From positions 26,722,001 through 26,786,000 of the forward strand of contig NC_042999.1 in assembly GCF_006345805.1 (NCBI RefSeq): a stretch of DNA of 64,000 bases, in the 5' to 3' direction. The position numbers and the translations under genes were made by a program. The notes under the pieces are model-generated. The model worked only from the letters and a program-made list of their open reading frames with translations, was not told the origin of the DNA and did not search any database. Source of the DNA: Octopus sinensis (Eukaryota). Positions 35,567-49,245 of the stretch are shown here, one piece after another. Position 1 is the first letter of the stretch; every line of letters starts with the position of its first letter.

Positions 35567-37581
35567 TCATTGAGTGTCACTGCTAGACAGTAAACGCGCC
35601 CGCTTTCTGTTGTTTTTCGGTGGTGCACAATTAAAATTATTCTCGTCACTGGAAATAGTTAATGGCGATATATATGGCGATATAGTTAATGGCGATATAT
35701 ATGGTGTATCGTGAATTATATTAACATCTTGTGTTTCTTTTATGTCACTGGTTTTGAATACGAATTCGTTTATCAGACGCTGTGATTTTGTTTTTGTTAC
35801 TTCTTTATATGATTCTTCATAACGTGCAATAATCATATTCAAAACATTTTGGAACTGCACAGCTCGTTCAACATTGATATGATTTGCAAGAAAGTGGTTT
35901 CCAGGATTATTGGCTATTTGGAGGTCTTCTAGATTTGTACTAGCAGATAGTGGAACCTATTCGTCATCACCACCACAATAAATTAACCCGGAATCATATA
36001 TATTCTTTGAAATACTCTCAATAATTTGTTCTTCATTAGGAGCCTTGTCAATTGTTAATTCTGTAATATCTTCAATTGTTAAATTCTTCAAAACATTCTC
36101 TGCCAATTTGATGTGACAAAGTGATGATATCTCGTATTTATATTAAATTGGTTTTTCATATTCTGGCCAAAGTGATCCCCAGCACGCATTTAGGGTAGAT
36201 GGCTTTAATTCGGATAATTTGACAGCGTATATAACCAATTATATCAAATTTTTTCCATGCTTGAAAGTGTACCATCTTTTTCTAGCTCATCTATAATCTA
36301 TTCAAATGTGTGCTGGGTATAATATGATTTGAATGTTGAAATTATACCCTGGTCAAGCGGCTGAATCAGTGATGTTGTATTAGTTGCCAGAATACGACTT
36401 TTATATTCATGTGTTTCAAACATGGATGACTGGGTATATTGATTATAAGTAAAAGTACTTTAAACTCAAGGACATGTATCTTTCATATATCTTCTTATTT
36501 CAGGAGCGACGCAGTTGTTCAGCCATTCAGTAAACATTTAATAAAGTCAACGCCTTTCATTGCATGCGGACGAACGGATCGAATTATTAATAACGATTTT
36601 AAATAACAATCTCTAGATGCGTTGCTACATACCAAGAAAGTTACACAGTCGAGCTGGCAGAAACTTTACCACGTCGGGCGAAATGCTTAGCCGAATTTCG
36701 TCTGCCGTTACGCCCTGAGTTCAAATTCCGCCGAGGTCGACTTTACCTTTCATCCTTTCGGGGTCGATAAATTAAGTACCACTTACGCACTGGGGTCGAT
36801 GTAATCGACTTAACCCCTTTGGCTATCCTTGTTTGTCCCCTCTATGTTTAGCCTCCTGTGGGCAATAAAGAAATAAGAAAGTTACACTGTCTTCAGCTTA
36901 AAAGCACAGGCAATTTCTCTTATTTTGCTATATACGTTCTGTTTGGCATTTTTTTCTAAAAGAGACCAGTTTCTTCTGCGTTGAGTACTTGGTCTGAAAT
37001 ATAACCGCCTTCTTTAATTATTTTAGTTAGTTTTGGAAGAAATTCTTCAGAAACTGTCTTATTTGCCGAATATATTTCACCTCTCATTTTTATATTATGC
37101 AGTGCGTGTCTTTTGAGGAATTTTGTAAGCCATTCCGTACTTGCCGCATATTCATTCTTCTTTTTATTACTAGACAGATGTAACGCACTTGATGACTTCA
37201 GATCATTAATCTTCTCTTAAAATTGAAATGCCATCTGTTTTATGGTTTTACCATCTACTGGTATTCTTTTTTTATTGTTTTCTTTTATCTATACTAATAA
37301 AACTTTCTCCATTTTTTCTTGAATTATGTCTCTGGTATATGACCATAGCTTAGCAGATGATTTAGTTACAGAAGCTACAGATCATCTAATGGCGACATCA
37401 TTCCTTTTGATCGTCCTTATTGTAGCATCGTTTAGGCAGAAAGCTCTATCCAAGGATGCTGCACTTTCGCCCTTACGAAGACGATCCAAAATAAAAGAAC
37501 ATGAATTTCTTTGGAGACCAAGAAACTGATCTCCAAAGAAATTGATGCTCTTTTATTTTTCTTAGATTTATCAACCGACAT
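35567..37581 (-). pseudogene. pogo/Tigger-like transposase pseudogene interrupted by a SINE
   Basis: MSVDKSKKNKRASISLE start; AASTEWLTKFLKRHALHNIKMRGE.YSANKTVSEEF...IIKEGGYISDQVLNAEETGLF*KK (NADETGLFWK motif); acidic/basic C-terminal tail ending LSSSDTQ*. Confidence 0.87.
36647..36874 (+). mobile_element. SINE family C, full length with 13-bp TSD
   Basis: agctggcagaaac...gagttcaaattccgccgaggtcgac...ctttcatcctttcggggtcgataaa (resembles the Meta-type central domain); TSD aagaaagttacac at 36634-36646 and 36875-36887. Confidence 0.93.
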
Positions 37582-37984
37582 TTTGGGGTAGGTTATCACT
37601 ATCACTATCGCAAATAAGAAGTATAGCAGAGGATGAAACATGCGACACGTTTTTCGTATTAGACCCGATGCTAAAGACGTTTGATTGAGCGGTTACGTGC
37701 AGCAAGAAGTATGTACAGTGCATAGGTCCTACCCACACAGGAGAGTGGGGGATTACTATACGAACTAAAAACATAGATTGAATTATATTTTACTTCCCTA
37801 AATTGATACTTAATCATATTACATAGAGTTTTGGTCTTTTGTAAATTATAATTGATTGATGTTACTTAATCAATTACGTGCCACTTGCAATAAATTCGGT
37901 GCTCCAACAACGGCAGATGTTTAAACCGTGCTAAAGTTAAAAAAGAAGTAGTGCAGAAAATAATCGTTTCTTTTTGTTGGATTC

Positions 37985-38386
<402 letters not shown>

Positions 38387-38471
38387 AGCATGTATATAAA
38401 TGTATAGTATAGTGTAACTAATAGAAATCAAAATGATATATGTATACATAGTGAAAGTGTAAATAGTGAGA

Positions 38472-38728
38472 CTAGTAAAACTGAAAGCTTTATCTCACAT
38501 TACAATAGAGATGTTATTGTTTCACTTTTGACACGTAATATTGAAATATTGTAAGTGATAAGAGAATGCACTCAGCTCGCGTTAGGCAAGAAGTTCGTCT
38601 ATGACAGTGCATGGACCCTAAGCAAGGCATGCATAAAATTTGAATGAAATTGGTTGAGTAGTTCTCCTGTTTTAGTGATGCGCACTTGCAGACAGACAGG
38701 CGCACATTCTCAGTTTGATATATATAGA
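38472..38728 (-). mobile_element. Short non-autonomous Helitron related to the 21852 element
   Basis: Minus strand A|TCtatatatatcaaactgagaatgtg...gaactactcaaccaatttcattcaaatttt; ends CTAG|T. Confidence 0.7.
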
Positions 38729-39539
38729 TTTCGCTTAATAATCCGATAAGGAAAAGTGAAGTGCTACCAGGAATAAATCGTTTCGGTATCGATAAGATCT
38801 GTTATCATTTGGCCACTGTGGTCAATGAAATCGCATTCACTACTTTCTGACATTGCTTCCGTGTGCCAACATTTGAAACCGATATTACAATACATAATTC
38901 ATTAACACATACACAAGCACAGGCACGTTCTCAATCTTGCACGTTTACATAAATGTACATAATCTTTGTGATCGCAGTTTTAGTTACATCAGCGTTTTGA
39001 TTTTCATCTAAATAAAGACGAGAGGTTAATCTTCATGTGTCTATTAGATGGCACTTGACTCTAGTAATTTCATCCATATTTCATACGCATTGCCTTTAAT
39101 CTCAGAAACGAATCAAATATTATCTTTATCATCAATCAATTTCAGTGAGGCTGACAGATTATCTATAACTTTGCAGTGCACGCATTTTACTGGCTTATAC
39201 GGTTATGAGTAGCATGCCTACGTTTATGAGGTCACTAACATGATATGTTTAGTCGTCTTCAAAGCAATGATAGTATCACATCGAATGCTCCCCTGTTATA
39301 AGGTTAGAGTCTTGCTATTGTCATTATATTGCATGCTTTTGACTTCACGATAAATTTCAAAAGAAAGTTTTTCTTCTACGACAGGAGGTTTAAGACAGAA
39401 ATGGGATTACACAAGGTACAAGTTGATACGAACTATATCTATACACCGCATTGACGTTTAAGCCACCATACTTCTCTCACGCCATGCATCGAACGCTATA
39501 AAATCAAAATAATTTAGAATGCTAGTAATGGCCACAGAA

Positions 39540-40280
39540 GTGAGCAGCAGACAACTCACATGTGCTATCTCTTTTCCAATTGCAATAGACAATATGGTAA
39601 AGCCATTCTTATTGACGTGATAAAATATTCTATGTAGTGATATAACTCAAGATCACTCAAACGTAAAATTATGGCAATTGATTGATATATTCTATTATCG
39701 ATTGTTTGTAATTGAATTAATCTGCCGTCAGATAGTCACCAGTGGCCACCTAACAGTAGTTGTTATACAATATACAACTTTGTAGCCATTTCTCTGTAAT
39801 CCGCCATGCACACATCAAATATTTCAAACACCAAATGGAAGAGAGGCATTACTAATTGAATATTGAGGTACCAGAATTTACAAATAGTATCGAAGCTCTT
39901 ACATTGGAACAAAGCATCTATATTAGCCTATTTATGACATCTGTTCCTACTTAATTATCTATAATTCATTATGCATCATTAACATGTCAGTAGAAAGCTG
40001 AGTATCCATCATGTTCTATCACTGTAGATTCTATTTATTCATTTATTTATTTTCTCACTGATTCTTCTCACTTCAAAAAACACTCTGGCCTTTTGACCAC
40101 TCCCCTAAGAACAATAGCTTGTGCCCTGTTTATCTCCTAAATACCAACCTACCCAAAAAACCTCCCCCACCACCACTCCATTAAATCTGCCTAAATGCAT
40201 AAATACCAGAACTTATTTTGACAGCCAGCTTCCTGAAGATTTCATCTGAATGAAACAGTTCTAGTCCTGTAGAAGCTCCT
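39540..40280 (+). mobile_element. Possible very decayed Penelope-like 3' end with degenerate hammerhead-like motif
   Basis: CNRQYGK and EALTLEQSIYI..LN fragments, C-rich UTR, CTGAAGA tttcatctgaat GAAA cagttcta GTC near 40233-40266. Confidence 0.3.
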
Positions 40281-40358
40281 TCTATAAAATGAATTACTTT
40301 ACTCTGCTATGTATTGAGTACCTTATTTATTGTGGTTAACCCCGACTCAACCGGGACC

Positions 40359-40403
<45 letters not shown>

Positions 40404-40585
40404 TCGTGTTGTGAGATTCCATCATAGAGAGGAGTAAGTTCCAAAGGGAATATGTTGCAAGAAGCCATCATAGAAAGTAATGCTAAGGGGATCTGCCCGC
40501 TGTACAGGAGTAAATCTTGGAACAGTACAGAAATGACCAATAAAGGTTACCACTTGCTATAACAAAGACTAATAGAGTATAGCTT

Positions 40586-42090
40586 TGTTAAGCTATACGT
40601 AAACAATCGAGTGGAGACGAGTATGCATTTACTAAAGGTTTATTAATTTAGTTACAATAGTGCTGAAGCCGTCAGTTATTTTTGTATAGTTCCTTCAAAT
40701 TCATTTCACATACGCTGCTGTCATTCTTCTGTTATCGTTCTCCGCCTGGAAGTCCTTTTGTCTCCTGCTGACCAACTTCCTAGCTAGCCCGCGGCGAAGT
40801 ATCTGTCTACAGTTCGTCTGCCACGAATCTTACCCTACATAGCTCCCCACCAGAACTGTAGACTGTTACTGGAAACGAGATGGCGTTTTAATGGTTCGTT
40901 CTCTGCGTGTGGTTACTCGATTCTTTAGTTACTGTTCCTTGTCAAGGGTTGGTGTGATCTGTCTATGACGACCCCTGTTTGGTGGTAAGGCCACCTGGAC
41001 GGGGCTGTCAATATCAAAATGGGCCGGTTTCAATCTATCGATGGAGACTGTGTTTTGTCGTCCACCAATTAGGAGTTGGAATGTTTTATCTCCCGGATGT
41101 ATGACTTGATATGGACCGTAGGGTGACTGGAGGAGTATTCGTCGTGTAGCACGTCGAACGTACACAAAGTTAGCTGCGCGGAGGTCATTTGTTACGGATG
41201 ATCTGGGAGTACCGTGTGTCGACATGGGAACAAGGTGAAACTGGTCCACGCTGTCTCTTAGCTGAGCGAGGTACCTTTTGACATCCGGGTCTGAATTCGT
41301 ATTGGGAAGGAACTCTCCTGGAATTTTAAGGGGAGCACTGTACACCATTTTCACGGAGGAAGTATTGAGATTTTCTTTTGGGGCACTGCAGATTCTCAGC
41401 GTTAGGGGATGGGAATTGGTCGATCCAATTTGGGCAGTTAAGTCTGGTTGTCAGTGATTCCTTCATGTGGTGGTGAATCTCTCCACTAATCCGTTGGCCT
41501 GTGGGTGGTAGGCTGTTGTACGCTTCATTGTGATTCCGAAAAGATCACACATGTCATTCACCTCATTCGAGGTGAATTGTGGTCCCCGATCGGATGAGAT
41601 GTTATCTGGGACACCGAAGCGGGTGACCCATTTTGCGAGGAAAGCTCGGCTGACTTCTTGTGTTTCTGTACTGCGGAGAGGGATAGCTTCAGGCCAACGG
41701 GTGTAGCCGTCCACCAAGTTCAGTAGGTACGAGAAACCCTGTGAATGAGGTAGAGGGCCGACAACGTCGATGTTGACATGGCTGAATCGGGCCTGAGGTG
41801 GTTCATAGTTGCCGAGGGGTGCTGTGGTGTGTTGATGGACCTTGGCTTGTTGACAGAGAATGCAGGACATACTCCAGTCCTCAATTTACTTGTCCATACC
41901 GTGCCAAATAAATTTACTTGACAGTAGCCGCCGTATGGCTCTAGTACCTGGGTGAGAGAGTCGATGAATGATGTTGAAAACATTTTTGCTCCAGGATGAT
42001 GGGACGATCGGTCGTGGCTTGCCTAGATTGGCTTCATCACTTTGGTTGTTCAGGTATGGAAAGCCACTGTGGATGTCTGTGGAACAGAAA
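40586..42090 (-). mobile_element. Gypsy LTR retrotransposon 3' remnant (integrase, PPT, 3' LTR)
   Basis: HPG zinc-finger region, FSHVNIDVVGPLP, ISSDRGPQFTS, TTAYHPQANGLVERF, GPYQV...VSIDRLKPA; PPT ggtggggagc; LTR about 40586-40839 with TG...CA ends and AATAAA. Confidence 0.93.
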
Positions 42091-42104
42091 CTTGACCTAC
42101 GTTG

Positions 42105-42434
42105 AAAAGAGGACAATTGAAGAAAGAAACAGAGAGCGTTATTATAGCTGCTGAAGATGAAGCGTTAAAACATGAAGAAATACGTGTAAAGGGAGAAAAT
42201 GCCAGCAAAATGGAGAGTGTGGGATTTGGTATGAAACATTGGCACATATTGTTTCAACATAACCCAAGAAGACTCAGAGAGAGCATAAGAAATGCAGACA
42301 AGATCAAGTTGGCAATGTTTTGCACTATAGGCTTTGTCGGGAATAAAGGTTTGAAACAGGTAGTACTTGATGCAATCATAAGTTTGAAAGAATGCTTGAG
42401 TCGGAGAAATCCAAAATTTTATGGCATTTTCTAA
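42105..42434 (+). mobile_element. R4/Dong-type (RLE) non-LTR retrotransposon fragment
   Basis: GQLKKETESVIIAAEDEAL...GENASK...WHIL resembles the G.LKRETE.LIIAAQDQAL block before the CCHC of R4/Dong-type elements. Confidence 0.72.
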
Positions 42435-42844
42435 TATGAACACGATAAGAGAGAGAATATAATAAACCGGATATAACAGGAAAAGCGAGGTTGTTTACTG
42501 ATTGATTCATCATGTCCTATTTATTTCAGAAATGTAAAGATGAAAAATTTAAACAAAATGATAAATACAAACCCTTAAACTTATGTTTGCTTTTGTGCAC
42601 ACCGTGTATGTGATTTGCTGTGACATAACGACCGTCTGAGGCTAGATGACAGACTCTGATGCAGACGTGCCGGGCGGGAAGCCTTCACCATAATCTGATA
42701 TAGCTTCACTCTCACCGTTAATTTTTACCTTGTGTTGCATCATGATTTCATAATGCAAAACAAGGGTTCCCCGACGAGAGATGTTATTTAGATCCCATCC
42801 CTCTCTCCTATTTTTATTTATATATACACGTGCATGTATGTGTA

Positions 42845-43113
42845 CATCACGTGACCGACCAGGCCATCAGATGTTGCTACACATCGCTGGTCACAATGCG
42901 CTTCACATTGTTTTAGCCTTCAATGACACCACCCCGCTGGCTAAGCGAGCAGGCCAACAGAAGAAAGAGTGAGAGAAAGGGATCGCCACAGCCCCCCTGG
43001 AGCTTTAGGGGTTTTCGCTCAATAAGCACTCACAACGCCCGGTCTGGGAATCGAAACCGCGATCCTACGACCGCGAATCCGCTGCCCTAACTACTAGGCC
43101 ATTGCGACTCCAC
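42845..43113 (-). mobile_element. SINE family B head with a different 3' tail
   Basis: Head near-identical to the 16960 copy up to aagagtgagagaaag; tail gtgaccgaccaggccatcag...gcaggccaacag is unrelated. Confidence 0.85.
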
Positions 43114-43170
43114 GTATATGTACATACACCTATATATATATATATATTATATATATATATATTATATATA

Positions 43171-43266
<96 letters not shown>

Positions 43267-43296
43267 ATATATATATATATATATATATATTATATA

Positions 43297-43331
<35 letters not shown>

Positions 43332-43333
43332 AT

Positions 43334-44048
43334 ATTAAAAATTAATTAAGGCTAGAAATTGATATTAGTCAATTAAAACCAGTGGTCTAGCATATTAAAA
43401 AGAATCCGAAGATTAAAATATTTATATATACCAATTAAGGACTGAACACGAAAAGTGGACAGTCAACATGCTAGATATAGACGTCAAATCGCCATTCTCC
43501 ACAAAGATTAGGTTCTCAAATAAAATAAAATTCAGCACAAACCAAAGCAATAAATAAGACAAATGAAAATATATGCTAGACCACTGGTTTTAATTGACTA
43601 ATATCAATTTCTACCCTTAATTAATTTTTAATATAAAATATATGTTCTTAAACCGATAAATTGACTGCTGCTAATTATTAGCTGCTGGCTGGTTTTTCGG
43701 GTCTCAGCGCGCCAAAAGTAAAGGCATTTGAAAGATACATTCGAACTTAATCGGTTGTACTTTATGCATGCGAAACTCCGGTATCGTTTTTTGCATCTAG
43801 TCCAGCAAATTATGTTCATAACAGACTGTGCTGACGAAGTTACAGATATCCTTGCGGATATTAATAACTGAAACTGATCGGTACACAGGTGATTATTTCA
43901 TTTCGTATATTTTCATTTGTCTTATTTATTGCTTTGGTTCGTGCTGAATTTTATTTTATTTGAGAACATAATCTTTGTGGAGAATGGCGATTTGACGTCT
44001 ATATCTAGCATGTTGACTGTCCACTTTTCGTGTTCAGTCCTTAATTGG

Positions 44049-44056
<8 letters not shown>
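43334..44056. repeat. Crossed inverted repeats A-B-A'-B'
   Basis: A 43334-43395 / A' 43571-43632; B 43423-43573 / B' 43906-44056; flanked by (TA)n. Confidence 0.92.
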
Positions 44057-44061
<5 letters not shown>

Positions 44062-44086
<25 letters not shown>

Positions 44087-44686
44087 ATAAATAATGTGCT
44101 TGCATTCTGTCACCTCCATAACGACAGTGATTGTCATTACCACCATCATTCTATTTATAGTATTTAAAATTATCAATAATAATATGGATCCCTCTATATT
44201 GCAGCTAATCTTCGTCACTGTTTATGAAACACTCGGCAAGCTTTCTCCTTTCATTCCACTGGTCTATAATAATCAGTCCACTGCCACCATTCTTTCTTTT
44301 CATATATAGTCTGTGTACGTTTGCAATTAACATTTAATACTATCTTTTACGCTCCCTGCAGGACTGGTAATCCAGGGGTCATTCTCAACTAATTTTTAGT
44401 TTCGTTATTGGTCATTTCAAGTGCTCCCACACCCACAAGTTTTGTAACCGCCTTGAGAGTATGAGAAAGAGAAGCTGCTTGGTGAAAAGACCAAATTCTA
44501 CTGGTCTGTATATGCATTCGGCAATCAGCAGTAGGCATTCCCGTTGATAAGGAGACAAAAGAAGACTCACACCCTTGGGGTCAGCAGAGGTCAAATGTGT
44601 TTACTACTAGTAGCGATCAACAAGATCACTGATCTTGGTTTTGAAAAGAACCGGTTCACCTTGCTCTATTTTTAATTACGATAAGG

Positions 44687-44723
<37 letters not shown>

Positions 44724-44726
44724 TAC

Positions 44727-44761
<35 letters not shown>

Positions 44762-44764
44762 GTA

Positions 44765-44797
<33 letters not shown>

Positions 44798-45420
44798 ATA
44801 AATAATGTGCTTGCATTCTGTCACCTCCATAACGACAGTGATTGTCATTACCACCATCATTCTATTTATAGTATTTAAAATTATCAATAATAATATGGAT
44901 CCCTCTATATTGCAGCTAATCTTCGTCACTGTTTATGAAACACTCGGCAAGCTTTCTCCTTTCATTCCACTGGTCTATAATAATCAGTCCACTGCCACCA
45001 TTCTTTCTTTTCATATATAGTCTGTGTACGTTTGCAATTAACATTTAATACTATCTTTTACGCTCCCTGCAGGACTGGTAATCCAGGGGTCATTCTCAAC
45101 TAATTTTTAGTTTCGTTATTGGTCATTTCAAGTGCTCCCACACCCACAAGTTTTGTAACCGCCTTGAGAGTATGAGAAAGAGAAGCTGCTTGGTGAAAAG
45201 ACCAAATTCTACTGGTCTGTATATGCATTCGGCAATCAGCAGTAGGCATTCCCGTTGATAAGGAGACAAAAGAAGACTCACACCCTTGGGGTCAGCAGAG
45301 GTCAAATGTGTTTACTACTAGTAGCGATCAACAAGATCACTGATCTTGGTTTTGAAAAGAACCGGTTCACCTTGCTCTATTTTTAATTACGATAAGGAAT
45401 AATAATATAATAATAATAAT

Positions 45421-45471
<51 letters not shown>

Positions 45472-45472
45472 G

Positions 45473-45475
<3 letters not shown>
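44062..45475 (+). repeat. Essentially identical 711-bp tandem duplication bounded by (AAT)n/(TA)n
   Basis: Identical ORF-track translations offset by 711 (44094/44805, 44412/45123). Confidence 0.95.
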
Positions 45476-45521
<46 letters not shown>

Positions 45522-46770
45522 CATATATATTATTAGTGCTTGATGATGAAGTAACAATTTAAGTAAAATTATGCCATCAATATATGTTGCTTTAGCGTAT
45601 GTAAATGTCTTAGTATCATTTCATAACAATCCTAATTCTTCTCCTATCTCCTTATTGTATGTGAGTAAAACGAATTACTTGAGATTGCTATTTGGATATG
45701 ACGTGTGTCCTCTCTTGTTGATCTATTATTTATTTAATATTTGTTAGAGCCGATGTATGTTACCGAAATACGCAGCCGTTTTTTTATTCATTTTATTCAT
45801 CTTTCAACTATTTCTCTCATTACTAGCACATCCATTCTCACTAAAATAATGCGAACCTGACACCATCCAAATCTATATCTAATTTTAAATATCTGCTGAT
45901 ATGGTGAGATCTATCCTTTTTGTTAATAAGGTAATTCACGTGTATCATCCTATACTGAGCCATTGAGTCACTAACCTATAATGCAGTAACCTCTTTAAAT
46001 ATATATTGAATCAATATTTCTCGGCATATTTAAGCATAATATACACCACTCTAAATAAAATACCACGCAGCGTGTAGTTTAATCTAAATGCAAAATTTCC
46101 TTATACAAATTAACATAGCTGCACTTAGCAAGGCAATTTTGCGGGTGGGCGATCGTTTAATGACCATTTACTTCCTTGCTTTTGTCAGTTGCTAAAATGT
46201 AACAGCTGCAACGTGATTGAATACACATTGGTATTATGATATATTCCAGAAGCCGGCTGCAACAAGAAACTTCTCGTTTCGTAATATTAATGTTCCTTTT
46301 ATATATTAATTCCTCTTCGAAGTCTTTACTTTTCAAATCGTGTGCTTTAGTAACATGACTTAATTTAATCTTCTATTATTATACTAATTACGTTGATAGA
46401 AAGAGCTTAATGTTCTTCGGTATATAATTAAGCATCCCGCAGTCCACATTTCCTCATTAACATAATGAACAGTGTAATTAACTACATATATTCTTTACTT
46501 TAATGAAATGAATATTTCTAGCATAGCTTTGGTTGAGTGGACCATTCTCAATATCAATGAAATTGTACATTCATTAGAAGGAAGTATTTTAAAACCGACC
46601 ATAAAAAATGTGAACAACATATACAAGAAGAAGCACCTGAATGCCAAAAATATTGTGTTAGTTACCTCATTACCGTCTATATTTCTATTTACATTCACGT
46701 ACATCTCGAATTTGTTAAACCGAATAGTGAATAGCGCAAGTCTTGTTATGAAAAAGTACTGACAAAACGT

Positions 46771-46915
46771 GAGGGCGCATGGGCTAGCGGATAGGTGTTG
46801 GGATAGGTGTTGTACTTACGATCGGTTTCAATGTCCGGACGAGGTGGCGCATTGTTTTGGAGCAAAACACTTCATCTCACGAGGTTCTGCGATCACTTCG
46901 ACATCTGGCATTTAG
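46771..46915 (+). mobile_element. Diverged tRNA-headed SINE 5' part
   Basis: gagggcgcatgggctagcgg...ggtttcaatgtcc...ttggagcaaaacacttcatctcac. Confidence 0.5.
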
Positions 46916-46961
46916 TAAACTGTGCACCAATTCAAGCAACATCGATTTGATGGAGGGTTTG

Positions 46962-47248
46962 TTTGTTTTTGTTTGTTCCTTCTCGAGCCATGTGTGGCTC
47001 ATAAGGGCTGGTTTCCCGGTTTCTTAGCGTATAGGTCCGTCGCAGGTGAGCTGCAAGATGCAGAAGGAAAGAGTGAGAGAAAGTTATGGCGAAAGAGTCT
47101 GCAGAATTTCACCATTACCATCTGCCGGAGCCGCGTGGAGCTTGGGTGTTTTCGCTTATAAACACACACATCACCCGGTCTGAGATTCGAACCAGCGATC
47201 CCTCGGCCGCGAGTCCGCTGCTCTATCCACTAGGCCATGTCCCTCCAC
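46962..47248 (-). mobile_element. SINE family B head with a third type of tail
   Basis: Shared head to aagagtgagagaaag; tail gagccatgtgtggctcataagggctggtttcccgg. Confidence 0.82.
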
Positions 47249-47896
47249 TTTGACGGAGGGTGTGAGCTAATGTACAGCATATGCGTTTGATCACCATACA
47301 CATATAATTTGTGCAAGCTGTTCAGCAAGAAATTGCAGGCCCATTTTCTCGGACAATGAGAGTCTACCGTCATCATATTGTCAATATTGCACAAGTTTAT
47401 ATTCGCTGTCTGTGATAATAACTCTTTATTTGTGCTATATTAGATATCATTTCATCAAGACAAAATTATTCTCGTAAGATATTCGCTTCAATCGTTTGCC
47501 TCAATGTATAGTCTATGCAAGTTGATCGGTTTAATAAACTCCTGCTACGTCTTTATTTTTCAACTAACATTCAGTGTGTTCGCGTGTGTAGTTAAACAAT
47601 ACTTTGCACTACAGCTTTCCAGAGTAGTTACAATGAGCACTGTTGCGTATCAACATAATTATCATTCGTGCAATTATATTCAATGCGGAATTGTGTCGAG
47701 GACATGTCTCATGTGTTACAAATCAATTAATACATAACACTTGCATGGTGTGATTGTGTGAGACTTGACGCGTCATTGTCTTTGAAAATTGATGCAGTCA
47801 ATATAGAACGAAACCGGATTATTGTCATAAATATCATCGAAATAAGCAAATATACGCACGAGAGTATATATGCATAAATGTATATGTATATATGTA

Positions 47897-48014
<118 letters not shown>

Positions 48015-48354
48015 ACAATTGCAGCGTAGAAGGTGTTTGTAATCCATTTAAGAAACACACAAAAGCCGTTCGATTCACTTCAACATTTAAGTTTAATTTG
48101 TCAAAATATTTTCGTCGCTTTAAGACCGAGACCTGTTCACTGAGAAAAATCAGTGCTGCAATTGTTTTCGTTTCAGCACACAATCTCAGATCAAATCACT
48201 TGCTATGCAAGTACATCTATATATATATACGTACATTCACACATACATACATACCTATATATATATATGTGTGTGTGTGTTTGTATGTCTGTATATTATA
48301 TATGTATGTATGTATGTATGTATGCATGATCTCTCTCTCTCTCTCTCTCTCTCT

Positions 48355-48404
<50 letters not shown>

Positions 48405-48469
48405 ACATCAACAACAATAACCCTTTCTACTATCCGTTCCCAAGGCTTCAATTTGTGGGGAGGGTACTA

Positions 48470-48850
48470 GACAATAACATCGACTCCTGTACTCAGCTGG
48501 TACTTATTTTATCACACCCGAAAAGATAAAAGGCAAAGTTCACCCCGGTAGAATTTGAACTCAGAATATAAAGACGGATGAAATGAAGCTAAGCATTTTG
48601 CTGGGCGTGCTAACGATTCTGCCAGCTCGGCGCTTTAATAATAATAGCAAATCTTTCCACCGTAGGCACAAAACATGACATTTTGGGAGATGAGGAAGGT
48701 CGATTACATGGTACTTACTTTGTCGATCGCTAAATGATGAAAGGGAAAGATGACCCCGGCGGATTTAAACTCAGAAAACGAAATGTAAAGACGAATTTTA
48801 AGACGAAATAGCTTTAAGCATTCCACCCGGCGTGCTAACGGTTTTGCTAG
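48470..48850 (-). mobile_element. Two tandem SINE family C copies
   Basis: ctggtacttattttt...ggtagaatttgaactcag...gctaacgattctgccagct (to about 48630), repeated to about 48850. Confidence 0.8.
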
Positions 48851-48881
48851 CTAAGGAAAAAAAAAGAGATTACAGGATTGC

Positions 48882-49245
48882 AAAATCCTGTGATACAATG
48901 ACTCAGGGTGACGGTGAGATTAGACATCAGAAGCCTGATGTTGTTATGGTGAATAGAAACGTAAATAACCATGCCTGATAACCGGCATAGCGTGTCCTGG
49001 TGACAACAGGATCGAAGAGAAGGAAGAAGAAAAAGAGAACACCTATGATCAATTGAAGTGGGAAATACGCAGGTTGTGGACAAAGAAGAGAGTAGATGTG
49101 ATACCAGTAATCATTGGTGCGTTGAGAAGATTCAGCACTCAAGAGCTGAAGTGGCTAAAGTAGCTTGGAAAGACTATAAAGATGGAACACCTGCAAAAAT
49201 CATCATTGATTAGAACTGCAAGGGTTCTTCGCAGGGCTCTTGAAG
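48882..49245 (+). mobile_element. R4/Dong-type non-LTR retrotransposon restriction-like endonuclease C-terminus
   Basis: KIL.D..TQGDGEIRHQKPDVVMV...IACPGDNRIEEKEEEK..Y..LKWEIRRLW...VIPVIIGAL...LQKS.LIRTARVLRRAL. Confidence 0.9.

Noticed and set aside
43436-43470. ctgaacacgaaa...gtc motif
   Set aside because: No CUGANGA core and no stem II; only a gactg/cagtc hairpin
44412-44594. 60-aa ORF in the duplicated unit (GVSLLLSP resembles an APE endonuclease motif)
   Set aside because: Single short motif with no other APE residues; not supportable
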